A model generated the notes under the pieces. It was not told the origin of the DNA. It ran no database searches and saw only the letters and a list, made by a program, of their open reading frames with translations. From Craspedostauros australis (taxonomy: Eukaryota): a DNA stretch of 64,000 bases. A program made the translations under genes and the position numbers. The stretch's first letter is position 1. Each line of letters opens with the position of its first letter. The stretch is from NCBI GenBank assembly GCA_030167865.1, contig JALAGF010004003.1, positions 62,001 to 126,000 of the forward strand, read 5' to 3'. This document shows positions 1 to 11,710 of the stretch, one piece after another.

Positions 1-1047
1 TTGTCCCAAGCCAGTCCGAGCCGATCTCAATCAGTTCGCAGTGGAATTGTATCCAATCACCCACGACCTGTCGCATCTGCGGAGGAAAAGCAGGCGTCGG
101 TGCAACCAACCTGTGGTGAAGAATCTCTGTACCAGCTCCCATCGCAGAATCTGTCCTTTGGATCGGCCGAAATTCTCACCATGGCGGAGTACTTTGAACA
201 TGCCGAGCTGTACGTTGGCAAGGCAGTGCGCATATCCGGCAAGCTGCATTCGAGGCAATCCAGACCAGGTGGCGGCGAAGATCGCAACATCGTTGTCGAA
301 TTCATGCTATCTGATCCGTTCGAAACGATGCGGCAGCAACAGAATGGATTGCGTGGACACACTTCGCACTCAACCACGTCACACCAAGGTGGTAGTGGAA
401 GCGCAATGCAGTCGTTGACACCAGATACACCAGCTCCTCAAGCAGCGCCAAAAACACCAGCCGCATCATTTCCGAAACGACGCGCCTTCCGTTCACCAAT
501 GGCATCGTCATCCAGTCCGTTGCGTACTCCAATGGCCGGATTGAGGAGGCCACATTCATCGTCACGTCTTGGCCAACCAACTGGGTCGCTGCTGCGATCA
601 CGCCCAAGGTCCGGTGGCGGACTGCAAAGACCCACGCGCCGATCGATCGCTCCGATTTCTGCCACAGCTGTGGCATCCCCGCGTCCGCCAACAACACAAC
701 CAGAACGCGTGGACAAACCGCAGCAACTCGCTCGGGTGCACGTCAATCCGGACCACATTCCAGGCCCGCTTCGCGGCATCTCAACACATGATCTCGTCAT
801 GATCATTGGCACCGTGCATCGCGCAGATGACGATTCATCGCAAGTCAGCTGCATCCTCAAGGCGCGTATCGTGCGCGATATATCATTGACCAATCTGAGT
901 CTGCACGAGCATATCCTGAAGCAGCGCAGGAAGTCCGTCCTGCAACAACACCGTCTCAAGCAGCAAATCCAGAAGCGGCTGGGTCAGCCAGCCATGAACA
1001 ATCCAAATATCCCATTGCAAGGTTGCGGCCCTCCGCCGTATCCCTGA
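1..1047 (+). CDS. TEN1-like OB-fold protein (putative CST telomere-capping subunit), probably 5'-partial
   Basis: The frame is open from base 1. N-terminal VGKAVRISGKL and C-terminal DLVMIIGTVH...ILKARIVRDISLTNLSLHEHILKQRR resemble the TEN1 pattern (LRTFGRL...LYIVLGEL...VVKARVLTCVEGMNLPLLEQAIREQR), separated by a Ser/Pro/Arg-rich insert. The first ATG in the window is at 181, but the true start may be upstream. Confidence 0.55.
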   Translation: MSQASPSRSQSVRSGIVSNHPRPVASAEEKQASVQPTCGEESLYQLPSQNLSFGSAEILTMAEYFEHAELYVGKAVRISGKLHSRQSRPGGGEDRNIVVEFMLSDPFETMRQQQNGLRGHTSHSTTSHQGGSGSAMQSLTPDTPAPQAAPKTPAASFPKRRAFRSPMASSSSPLRTPMAGLRRPHSSSRLGQPTGSLLRSRPRSGGGLQRPTRRSIAPISATAVASPRPPTTQPERVDKPQQLARVHVNPDHIPGPLRGISTHDLVMIIGTVHRADDDSSQVSCILKARIVRDISLTNLSLHEHILKQRRKSVLQQHRLKQQIQKRLGQPAMNNPNIPLQGCGPPPYP

Positions 1048-1531
1048 TAGAATAGAGTATAGAATCGTAGAATGAATACGAGAGGATGCATGCTGCTAGT
1101 GTGGTAGTGGTTGACATATCGTTATTTGTGAGTATGGTAAAGAGCCAAGAGCACCACCTCCTGCGTTGCGTTGGTTGTGATGATTGACTCTCGATAGCAT
1201 TGGACGTTAATGAAACGTGAAAATGTTGTTTTTCAAAATACGCACGTTTTTTGTTGGCTTTTCGACGCGTCTTGTGTTCGTTGTGGAGGGAGGACATGTC
1301 CACGACTTCGTCTGGTTCGTGTTTGTCAGATCGAGTGAGATGGGGGAACAAGATCTTTAGACGACAACGAGCAACGGCACCAACAATCCCTTGCCATCCG
1401 TCAAATTATTCTTTACGAGTATAATACGACCTATGGTATCATACATGCATACATGCATACATGCACATCCAACCACCAATAATCGTGCCAACACGATCAG
1501 AGGATTAGCAACGTGCAAACACTGTAGAACG

Positions 1532-3094
1532 ATGAATGTCACGTCGCCGTTCGCGACCACGAAATCAAGATCCAGGCTGAAGCCGAGGCAGAGGCGGTGG
1601 AGGAGGGCCAAGACGCAAGGCGTCCTCATCGCATCGATCATCTGCGGCGTCACGCTCCTCCTCCGCCTGCATTCCAGATTGACAGAGCCCACGGGTGAAA
1701 TATTCGGCGTCAACCATCCACGGTTCCTGCAGCGGTACGATCTCAATGGCATCGGTTGGGAGTCTGTGCCTGGCAATGCCGATCCATCCCGTGGTCTCCC
1801 GCGGACAGTCAACCACTACGAGCCGAAGAATGGCGTTGACGAAATGAAATCGAGGATGGTATCCGTGGAGGACGTGTACAAGTACTACTTCGACAATCCC
1901 AGCTCCGTGCATTACATGAATCAGGACAAGCCGATCGTCTTCGTCATCACGCCGACGTACCATCGACCAACGCAGCTCGTGGATCTGCTGCGGATACAGC
2001 AATCGATGCAAACGGATGTTCTGGGAGGGATGTTGCAAAATGTCGCCACCACCGACAGCGGGACGTCACAGCGCAGATCTTCGAAAGGCATGATATACTG
2101 GATCGTTGTGGAAGACAACCCCACTTGCACGAAGAGCATTCGTCGTTTGCTGGAGCGCGCATCGGCGACCATCCCATTTGCGCACATCGCGCATCCATCG
2201 CCACCCGGTTTTGGCCGTCCCAAGCGCGGCAGGAGCCAGCGGAATCAAGGACTGGAAGTTGTGGACAACGGCATCGTCGTCCGGCCGTACAATCATTCCG
2301 GGGTTGTGTTTTTGGCAGATGACGACAATGGTTATGACGGTGAGTTCGTACGATGATCGTGGCAACAGCAAACAAAGCATCAACCAGCTACAACGTCAAC
2401 AGTACATTGGAACACTGCCAAGTACAACAGGGTGCGCGAATCTCTTCATCTCATCTCGTCTCATCTTATTCGTGCTCTGCTCAACGACCCTCAATCTTTC
2501 ATTTCTCGATTTCTACATTTGGGTTTCCCGCGTCGTGCGTACACTGCTCATCGTTGGTTCGCGACGCACCTCCCTTGCAATCACGACCTTCCAATGCACA
2601 CACCCATGCATGTATGCCTGCACCCGTGGTCATTTATGTATTTGTACCCCAAACACACCATGGGCCATCACATCAATCTGGCAGCGGGGATATTCGACGA
2701 ACTGCGCAAAGTGAAGCGAGTTGGTACACTGCCAGTGGCATTCGTCGGTGGTTCCAAACATGAACGTTGCCATGTCGATGAACAGACCGGCAAGGTCGAT
2801 GCGTTGTACGGCCTCTCCTATCACACCCGTTCCTACCCGCTGGACATGGCAGCCTTCGCATTTCACACAGACCTGTTCAAGGAAAAGCACCGGGTCCGCT
2901 TCTACGACGAGTGGAAGGGCGGGCACGACGAGACCAAGCTGCTGGAGCTCCTGATTGATGACATATCAGAATTGGAGCCGCTGGCGAACAACTGCACGGT
3001 GATCTACACCTACCACATCAAATCAACGATCGGCAGACATAGCAAAGCGCTGCCCGCCGATCCTTTGGACGAAGAAATCAACAAGGGGATATGA
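1532..3094 (+). CDS. Glycosyltransferase family 43 (GlcAT-I/IRX9-like), type II membrane protein; 2 exons
   Basis: Exons 1532-2339 and 2685-3094 (GTGAGT donor at 2340, CAG acceptor at 2684) give 405 aa. Motifs: IVFVITPTY, YWIVVED, QRNQGL, GVVFLADDDNGYD|AGIFDELR, YPLDMAAFAF, LEPLANNC. N-terminal TM segment GVLIASIICGVTLLL. Confidence 0.9.
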
Positions 3095-4356
3095 ATGGAT
3101 ACAGCCTGCAGACTCGTACGTGCGAGTGGAGTGTGGTCCTGTGATCAGAAGTGCTTGACGAGGCATACTCGACGTTAGAACTGACTTGTCCTCTTGTGTG
3201 GTGCCAATTACTTTGGTAGCTTTTGGCAATCGATTCGGTCTCAGTCAGCGTTGTCTTGTGTGTAACTGCACTACATACTCTATGCAAGTCCGGAACACGA
3301 GCCACTGGCCCTACGTCATCAAATGATATGATTATCATACACCTCATCCAGTCCTGCGAGTGCTTCACATCTATCACTCCATACCAATACGAGTGCATAC
3401 AATGTAATGTAATAGCATGCAAGGTCTAACAGCTCCAGGTGAGCGATATTGGGACATGACATCTATCGCGTTTCCATATCATCTCGCATCACCCACACAG
3501 CGCGGTTGGACACTTCGTGTGCCCTGCCCTTTTCAACAACACGGAGCTACGCCTTCGTCATCCATCAGACCTCGACCAAACGCGATGCTCACAATAGTAG
3601 TTCCCACAAGAAGGAATCCAACTCAAAGATCGCGCACCTGTGCCAACGCGAAATTCGCCAAATCTCTTCGACGAGACACACGAAAAGTAGCCACAGACCA
3701 TTTTCGCGGAACTCGTGTCGCAGAAAATGAGCAAAATGGTCTCGTCACCCAACATGCCCACAACATGCCACACGAGTACAGTACGCGAAGTGCCGCTTCG
3801 GAAGGAAATAAGCCAAGGCACATGTCTATTGGGGACATTGATACTAATGGGGAGTGATCAATTAGTGGAAAACGTCCTATGAGACTCCAACAGGACAAAA
3901 TACATACGTCAAGGCCTGCGCGCCAGCCAGGGCACATCGCCAATCGCTCTCACATCGCAAAATCAATCGCCACAAATTCGCTTGGTGATGGCGATTCTGC
4001 ACAAACCTGCGGAAAGGAGACGAGAATGCATGTGAACCACCTGTCACCTCGCACCGTTCATCAACTCTATCCTCTGTTCTGCGTGGGATCATCAAACACC
4101 AAGAACTCCATCGATCTTCTGTTCATGGATCCAAGTCCGGTTGTGCTCACATCATCTGTCGTCTTCGCCTTTCCGCATCAAGACCAGTCCAATACGTCTC
4201 ATTGCATCAAGCTTTGCCTGGGTTGGCGGGTGATTATACTGAGGTGGTGTGAAGCAGGCAGTTGGTTGTCAAGACATTAGTTGCACCAGAAGCAAGATCA
4301 TACATCCGTCAAGCTGCAGCAACAATAGCAGCAACAGCGACAACAGCAATCGAAGC

Positions 4357-7300
4357 ATGTCGAATTTGGATCTAATTCAACAAGCCATTGGTGTGACGGA
4401 GGGTGTGGTGGTCGATGATGAAATCAGCTCAAAAGGGGTACCTGTACCAACATCTGCGGCAGCGTTCACCCCAACGCCAGGGACAGGGACAGGATCACGA
4501 AAGCCAGCCCTCGTCAAGTCGAACAGCAAGGATAGAGCAGCAGCCCTCCCATCGCTCCGGCGCAGACGGCAGCTTCCCATTCTGAGAACTAGCATGGCGG
4601 AGACTGCGACTGAAGCTGCGACTGCGACTACTGCTGCAACTGCATCTGCAGCTTCAGGAAAGGGTGATCCACCACCGACACCATCATCCCATGAAAGCTC
4701 ACACCTGAAGAAACGCGAGTTGAGAGAGCATGATGTCGTGTGTGAGAAGGGGCGCGGGGATCATGAACGGTGGAAGGGGAACAAGCTGTACCGCGATCTC
4801 GTTCGCAAAAACAAAGATGAATACAACGACCTTCCGCCGATACACCGATCCAGGATCATCTGCAAGCTCGTCGAGGTTATCATCGCGAAGGATGGATGGT
4901 TCGTCCAGTTCGAAGAAGCGACGAGGTTGTGGTGCGAGCTGCACGAGGATAAGGTGCGGAAGAAGATATCGGATGATCTGCGACGGGAGATCCGACGCAA
5001 ACGAGAAAAGCGGGCATCCACCACCGTCTTCCATGCCAAGCTGAAGGCAATCAAGGAGCAGGCAGAGGATAGAGATGCTGCGCCGACCGGAATCAACCCT
5101 GTCAGCGATCCCAGCAAGCACGACGTCCTGTTCGGGGCTGGAGCAAGGCGTCATCCTGGCAACAAGCTGTACTGGAGCCTGATGCAAACCAACCTGGACA
5201 GGTACATCATCTCACCGTACGGTGCAAGATCAATGATCAGCCGTTCCATCGTCGATGGCATCAAGGAGAAGGGCGGAAGATTCCTGGAACAGGACAGCAA
5301 GTCCGGATCCTGGTACGAGATCAACGAGAAGCGCGCGGTGGAAAAGACATCGCACGCGCTGAGCAACAAGAAATACAAATCGCGAAAGAAGGTCCCGGAG
5401 TCGCCGTGCCAGCGCCGTCTCCTCGGAAAGTCGTTGCCCGCCTCGACGCCGACAGCCGAGACCTCTTCCGTCGCGATGGACTGCGACACTGACAACAACG
5501 CGATCAACGATGGCGGCGTGTCGTCCGTGTCCACGTCCACGTCCTCCTCGCTCTCCACCTTGCCGCCTGCCTCGCCACAACGCGAACGTCTGTCGTCAGA
5601 CGAGTCAGCAGAAACCGCGGCATCCTTGTCGGCACGCAAGACAAGCAAGAAGTTCCGTCTCTTGCAGCGTGTCGCAACCGAGATGAGAGACGAGATGGAA
5701 CGCAAAGAGGACGTTGTGGAGAGCCGAGACGAGATGACGATGGACAGAGCAGAAGAAACGCTGTCTCCGTCCACGACAACGGGCAGTCTCACGTCCGCGT
5801 CAACCTCCATCTCCTCTTCCTCCATGTCAAACGAAGACCCGAACGTAATTGCGGCAACTCGAGATGCGAGCGTCCACACTGGCCAGCATACCGAAAAAGC
5901 TGATGTTGTTGATGGTTGCTGTGACAGCAGTCCCATCAATTCCCAGGTCGGAGATCAGCAGCGACAACAGAGCGAGAGTCTCACTACCAATGGAAACCTA
6001 TCCACCGTCCACGACAGCCCTCAGCTTCCACCAAGACTCATCACTGAGACGATTCGCACTCAGAATCATGCTCCGACGACTGTCACAGATGATATGGGAA
6101 CAGGCACCAACAGCCGTTGCGTCTCGAGCAATAACAATAACAACAACGGCAGCGGCAACAGCAAGACCATCGTGTCGCCGGAGCAAGACAAGAGCAAGCA
6201 GTCGAAACTGAATGAAATCCCTGGGATGGATCATCGCATGCCACAGGATTCAATGCAAGACGCTTCGAGTTTGCCATCGTACGTCGAGTACACGTCGAAA
6301 GGAGATGTCGCATCCAAGACTTCCGTGTCCACTGCGCCCGCAACTCCGCCCGTCGACGGCAACCAAGACAAGAGCAACGACGCCCTCCATTCAGGCCATC
6401 TCTCCGCGAAGGATCACGCAGCATTGGCATCCATCAACGAGAACAACCCACCCAACAACCAACACACCGGCTTGGGACATCGCTTGGAGAGACCGAGTCC
6501 TGGAACTGCCAGCGCCTTTGTGTCTGTGACGTCTCCTTACCGGCCAAGGGTAAACACCATGCACGATATCCCACCAAACGTGTGGATGCCTGTGAATCAA
6601 GCCGTGGCGCAAGGTCAAGGTCAGGGTCATGCCCGTGCAGGTGGCATTCATGCTCACCTCTCACCATACGGGGTTCCGACAGGAGTGCGTGAGAGTGAGG
6701 AGGCAAGCAAGATAGTTTCAGCCATGCTCGCATCAGCAATCAGCGCCGAAACACATCATCGCCGTTACCAGCAACACAACCAACATCACATTCTGCAGCA
6801 CCGCCAGCATGAACTGCAGCATCGCGAGCATGGTGGGACCCGGCGCCCGTCGTTCCCGCCAACACACACCCTCGCGACTTTCCGCGATCACGGGCATGTC
6901 AATGGGTACATTCATCCATCCCTCGAGAACGCCCGCGCGATGCATCAGATGCAGCAGCAACAGCAGCAGCAACACCACCGCAGTCATCATGCTCATCACC
7001 ACCACTACGGTGCCAGTCCTCCAAGCAGTGGAAATCCTGGCCATCATCAACACAGTCGTCTTGCGATGCATCCGTCGCATGTCCGAGCTGCCGCATACGC
7101 TCATGGACACAAACACGCACACGCAGCGCACCCACAACCTCATCATCAACATCAACGTCATCATCACCGCCATCCGTACTACCTCCCGAACGCACCAAAC
7201 CCGCATGCCGGGCAGGATCATCTGGATCGTTCAATCCCATCTTCTCCACCGACAGCAGGTGCCAGCGTTGTTGCCACACCGGCATTAGCACCAACTTCAG

Positions 7301-7527
7301 CATACGAAGGAAACGCAACGGCATCCTCCGGGTCAACGAAGAAGAAGGAAACCACCACCGCAACTGTGGGTGATGTTCTTCCAATGATGACAGCATCGCC
7401 GATGGTCGGACGTCGCAGCTCTCCCAACACAAACAGCCCAGATCCGCACCAACATCCGCACTCTCATCACGACCATCCTGCGCATCGCGACTACGTCGCA
7501 CCAAGATACTCATACCAAACATACTAG
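4357..7527 (+). CDS. Protein with two DUF6824-like domains and a long Ser/His/Gln-rich low-complexity C-terminus
   Basis: Long single ORF, first ATG at 4357. Two repeats of the pattern HDV(L/V)xGxG...GNxxY...IV..I...GGxF......W.E......K.S..L at about 4729-4986 and 5119-5370, typical of the diatom-expanded DUF6824 family. Confidence 0.8.
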   Translation: MSNLDLIQQAIGVTEGVVVDDEISSKGVPVPTSAAAFTPTPGTGTGSRKPALVKSNSKDRAAALPSLRRRRQLPILRTSMAETATEAATATTAATASAASGKGDPPPTPSSHESSHLKKRELREHDVVCEKGRGDHERWKGNKLYRDLVRKNKDEYNDLPPIHRSRIICKLVEVIIAKDGWFVQFEEATRLWCELHEDKVRKKISDDLRREIRRKREKRASTTVFHAKLKAIKEQAEDRDAAPTGINPVSDPSKHDVLFGAGARRHPGNKLYWSLMQTNLDRYIISPYGARSMISRSIVDGIKEKGGRFLEQDSKSGSWYEINEKRAVEKTSHALSNKKYKSRKKVPESPCQRRLLGKSLPASTPTAETSSVAMDCDTDNNAINDGGVSSVSTSTSSSLSTLPPASPQRERLSSDESAETAASLSARKTSKKFRLLQRVATEMRDEMERKEDVVESRDEMTMDRAEETLSPSTTTGSLTSASTSISSSSMSNEDPNVIAATRDASVHTGQHTEKADVVDGCCDSSPINSQVGDQQRQQSESLTTNGNLSTVHDSPQLPPRLITETIRTQNHAPTTVTDDMGTGTNSRCVSSNNNNNNGSGNSKTIVSPEQDKSKQSKLNEIPGMDHRMPQDSMQDASSLPSYVEYTSKGDVASKTSVSTAPATPPVDGNQDKSNDALHSGHLSAKDHAALASINENNPPNNQHTGLGHRLERPSPGTASAFVSVTSPYRPRVNTMHDIPPNVWMPVNQAVAQGQGQGHARAGGIHAHLSPYGVPTGVRESEEASKIVSAMLASAISAETHHRRYQQHNQHHILQHRQHELQHREHGGTRRPSFPPTHTLATFRDHGHVNGYIHPSLENARAMHQMQQQQQQQHHRSHHAHHHHYGASPPSSGNPGHHQHSRLAMHPSHVRAAAYAHGHKHAHAAHPQPHHQHQRHHHRHPYYLPNAPNPHAGQDHLDRSIPSSPPTAGASVVATPALAPTSAYEGNATASSGSTKKKETTTATVGDVLPMMTASPMVGRRSSPNTNSPDPHQHPHSHHDHPAHRDYVAPRYSYQTY

Positions 7528-8013
7528 AACAGAGTGTAATAGATTGCAGTGAACGGCATACGGAAAGAGAAGGAAGAGGAGAAAGAGCAAACAAACAGGC
7601 AAACAACAGGGAGAGCAACACAGAACAACGAACGAAGAGCAACTAGAGTAACGACATTACGATAGACAAAAGGGGAAATTAAGAATGAAATGATCAGAAA
7701 GCAGGGCATTGATTTCAGCTTCAATTTATCCTAATATTGTTGCACTGCCGCATCTCCTTCAGATTTCAGAACCACATAACCCATTCCGAATATGTTTTGA
7801 ACTGTGTGTTGTCATTTCGTGTTTGCCAACAAGAGTGGAAACAACGGCGGTGACAACGACCATGGTGGTCGTGATGGGTGGATCTGCAGAATCACCGTTG
7901 ATGGGATCATCTCTCACACGAGCCCCGACTTTCGCTGTCGTCAACCACATCATCATCAGCCTCTTGCGAAGATCTTCATGCACTGAAGCGGCGTCGACAC
8001 ACACAGACAAACG

Positions 8014-8712
8014 ATGATGCGCTCCGCTCTCATCCGATCCTCCTGCAGCAGCATCGTGGCGGCCGCCTCCGCGAAGCCGCTGACCGCCACAACGCAGCGT
8101 CGATTGGGACACACCGTCCGGATAATCGCCAAGGAAGATCTGCCGCACGGCAAGGCCTACAAGGGCGACGTGCTGCATGTCAAGGCGGGACACGCGCGCA
8201 ATCACCTCATCCCGCAGAAGATGGCGCTGTACGCCACGCCGCAGAACTTCGAACGGCTCGGCATCACCGATCCTGACGTCGAGACGGAGGAGGAGCGCGA
8301 ACAGCGTTTGGCGCGCGAGGCGTCGATGAGCCAGAAGGACGAGCACCTGCTGAAGGACGCGGATCGGTTGAAGTCCTATCTGCGCAACAAGGTGCTCACG
8401 ATCTGGCGCATGGTGGATCCGGATTCGCGGGACGCGCTGCATCCCGGCAAGGTCAACTCGTGGCAGCTGCGGAAGAAGCTGGGCAAGCAGCTCAAAATCG
8501 ATCTGGATGAGAACGAGTCGTTGCATCTGCACCAGACTCCTGTCAACTTCGCCGAGCTCAACGACAGATCGGTCAACGACATTCTAGAAGGTCTGGACGC
8601 ATCCAAGCCGTGCGACGTGGAGATCAAGCGGTTGGGTGATTACGTTGCCAAGATCAGTCTTCAGGGAGGGTACTCCGTGCCTCTCAAATTCAGCATCGTG
8701 CGGAAGAACTGA
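8014..8712 (+). CDS. rplI: Organellar (probably mitochondrial) ribosomal protein bL9
   Basis: L9 N-terminal motif VRIIAKEDLPHGKAYKGDVLHVKAGHARNHLIPQKMALYAT, and C-domain IKRLGDYVAKISL. Arg/Ser/Ala-rich, acid-free presequence. Confidence 0.88.
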   Translation: MMRSALIRSSCSSIVAAASAKPLTATTQRRLGHTVRIIAKEDLPHGKAYKGDVLHVKAGHARNHLIPQKMALYATPQNFERLGITDPDVETEEEREQRLAREASMSQKDEHLLKDADRLKSYLRNKVLTIWRMVDPDSRDALHPGKVNSWQLRKKLGKQLKIDLDENESLHLHQTPVNFAELNDRSVNDILEGLDASKPCDVEIKRLGDYVAKISLQGGYSVPLKFSIVRKN

Positions 8713-9094
8713 CTTTGCTTGTTGTTGAGCGGCGTCCTGTGCTGGCATCCACGATCACATTGTAGGTGGTTTGTCGGTGGCTTGTCAGTAGTTCCAGTTG
8801 GTGTTGCACTCCTCTCTCTCTCTTTGGGGGAGTACCAACGGGTGGCAGAGAACTGCATTGTGCATGCGCACATTCCCTTCATTATGGACAATATCTGCAC
8901 TTTATTGGTATGGCATCGTAGCAACCACAGGCAGCTTCTTGCAACCACTATTCGGGCACACTCTCTGGAAGAAGCATTAGATACTGAACGCTATACTCTA
9001 CCGTACCTGCGTACTCGTATGGCGCATTTGCATTTATTTGTAATACGATGTGCACTGGAGGGCGTTAACTCTCAAGAGAGCATACAATAATACT

Positions 9095-10972
9095 TTAGAG
9101 GTTATCACGATACGTAATTTCGTCGGTACTGAACGATGGGAGGACCTTGACGACGCGCGCTCCCTCCGTCACGACGTTCGTGACGAGCAGCTTTCCGTCG
9201 ATGCCGTGCTCCTTGGCTGTGCTGATCATGGCGCGGGCCACGGCAATGTCCGTTCTCTCCTTCTCCCGCTGTGCGAAGATATCCCCGCTGGCTCCGCTGG
9301 TCAATGCCATGACGGTCGGCCCGGCGCCGCTGAGATACGCGCAGCAGGCGCCGGCATTCTCGGCCGCCTCGATCATGGGGAAGAGGTACTTGTACAGCTT
9401 GGCGCCGCGCTGGGGCTGGTGCAGCTTGTCCTGGACGCCCCACCTCAGATTGTCCAGATTCTGCGTGCACAGGGCGTGTATCAAGAACGCCGTTCGGCCG
9501 ATGTTGAAGGCGGCCTCCTCTCTCGTCACGGTGTCCTTCAGCACGCCGCGGGCATCTGACGTCTTGCCCACGAAGTTGGGAATGAACATGACCATCTGCA
9601 AACCGGCCGGTGCGGGCACACGTTCCGTCGCCCAGCGCGTGCCGCTGTGGATTCCGATCTGGATTCCACCGTAAATGACTGGGGCCACGTTGTCCGGGTG
9701 TCCCTGAAGTAGTTGTTGGAGTAGATCAGTTGCAATTATTGTGGCAGACATGAGCATGTTTGGAGATGCAGAGCACAAGATAGGTGCGAGGAGTTGGTGT
9801 GAGGAGTCAGTTGGACGTGAGAAGAGCATAGAAACAAAGGGTGGAGCAGGAATAGAACACAGATCCGACAAGCTAGGCGCACCCTACCACAAAGAAAGCT
9901 GACAGATTCGCAAAGAGCCACAGGAACCTACCTCGATACCGGCCGCAACCTGCAACAAGGCCTCAGATCCCCAGCACGGCAGTCGGTGCCCCGCCAGCAC
10001 GAGTCCGGCAATGATACCGGCGACGATGGCGGCGGAGGAACTTCCCAACCCACGTGCGTAGGGGATGCGGGAGACGACGTGATACTTGAGCACGGGCATT
10101 GGCTTGTTGGCAGCCTCGAATGCTGCCTTGCAACCCACGACGAGGAAGTTGCTGCCATCCTTCGGCATCTGGGTGGCACCTTCTCCTTCGGCGGTGATTT
10201 CGAACTTGTCCGCACGTTGGACGGTGACCTCGGACCAAAGATCCACTGCGATGCCGATGCAGTCGTCTGTGCGGCCGTTGCATTGCGCGGAGATTCGTTG
10301 TGACAAGATTCATGAGCATGCACATGCGTGCATATGAATGCGGTAGGAATGGAGGAGATTGACCGAAGCAAAAGGAATAAGATTGGTTAGTTGAGTTGAG
10401 TAGAGTACTCTGGTCGGGTTGACTTCCAATGCACAACGAACAGCAACATCGCCGCCGATCGACCACGACAGAAGCCGATAGACAACGAAATCTTGTAGAG
10501 CATGAATACATGCGCCCTTTGCAGTTTCATTTTGACCACCCAACATCCAACACCCAGCATCCAACACCTAACATCCAAACAAATGTGGTAATAGTAATAA
10601 CTCACATCCTGGCCCAACGTTAGCAGACGTCGCCGGAACGCGCACGGTGACAAGATCACGCGGCATGTTGTTCTCCTCCTCGATGGTGTAGCGCGTGGCC
10701 ACGCGTCGGCGCATCTTCTCTTCGTGGTTGTGCGGAAAGAGCAAGGTGCCCTCGCTGTCCATCCTCGACATTCCCACATCAATCTCTTCGTTGTTCATGA
10801 TGACGGATCGCTTGACGCTGCGGGTGGGACCGGAGCCGTACTTGTCGCTGTCGGGGCTGGCCTTCTTGTTGTTCTTCTCGGCCATCTTCATGGCGGCGAC
10901 CGCCAGCGCGGCGCCAGCGACGGCGGCTCCGGCGGCTGTGGCCAGCAGCTTTCCATTTTCAGACGAGCTCAT
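9095..10972 (-). CDS. thrB: Homoserine kinase (GHMP family) with N-terminal extension; 3 exons
   Basis: Exons 10972-10606, 10266-9932 and 9703-9095 (all GT..AG) give 436 aa. Motifs: VRVPATSANVGPG|YDCIGIA, IPYARGLGSSSAA, IE|GHPDNVAP, DKLHQPQR, LSGAGPT. Confidence 0.95.
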
Positions 10973-11616
10973 GGTTCTTTCTTTCTTGCTTGCTTCTTGC
11001 TTGGTCCTTGCAGACGATGGTGCTGATGGATGTCCTGTTCTTGACTGCGAGTGGCGCAATTCAGAAATCAAGCCAACCAACGGGGTGTTATGCGGATTCT
11101 CTCGATTGTATTATGCTTGTGAACGGCCGTATCTGTCGGATGCAGATGTGGTGCTGCCAAACAGGACAGAGCACGAGAGTGTGGGTGCACACGAAGAGAA
11201 GAGAGAGGAGGAACACCAATGAGGTCGCACTTGCGAGAGAGGGAACAGACGCTGGCAACAACGTGATGCGTGGACTGGCACCGACAAAGGCACGCACAAG
11301 AAGGACAGAGAGATCTTTTTCGTCGTTGTTGTTGGTTGGCGACCCAAAATGACAGTGACTCTTGAACGGGTTTCGAACTTCATTCACGAGTTCTGCGTGA
11401 CGGATGGATGGCCAGATTGGATGAGACATCAACACACATGATCGTGCCAACAACCAACAAGTGACGTTCCTGGCACGACACTTCGCGGCATCCACCCAAA
11501 AATCATTTCGCAGAAGAATTCCTCGTGTTGATGGTCTCATCGGTCTCATCCAGCGGAGGGCATCCACAAGTGCACAGTAGCGCATCGATTCCTCGCACAA
11601 AGGGCCATCACACACG

Positions 11617-11638
11617 CTCTCTCTCTCTCTCTCTCTCT
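11617..11638 (+). repeat. (CT)11 microsatellite in the 5' region of the RF3 gene
   Basis: Directly visible ctctct run. Confidence 0.9.
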
Positions 11639-11710
11639 GATTGAGTGCAGCTACAACCAGGCAATCACCTTGATCAGCCTCATTAGATATACTTCAACAG
11701 TGAATCAACC

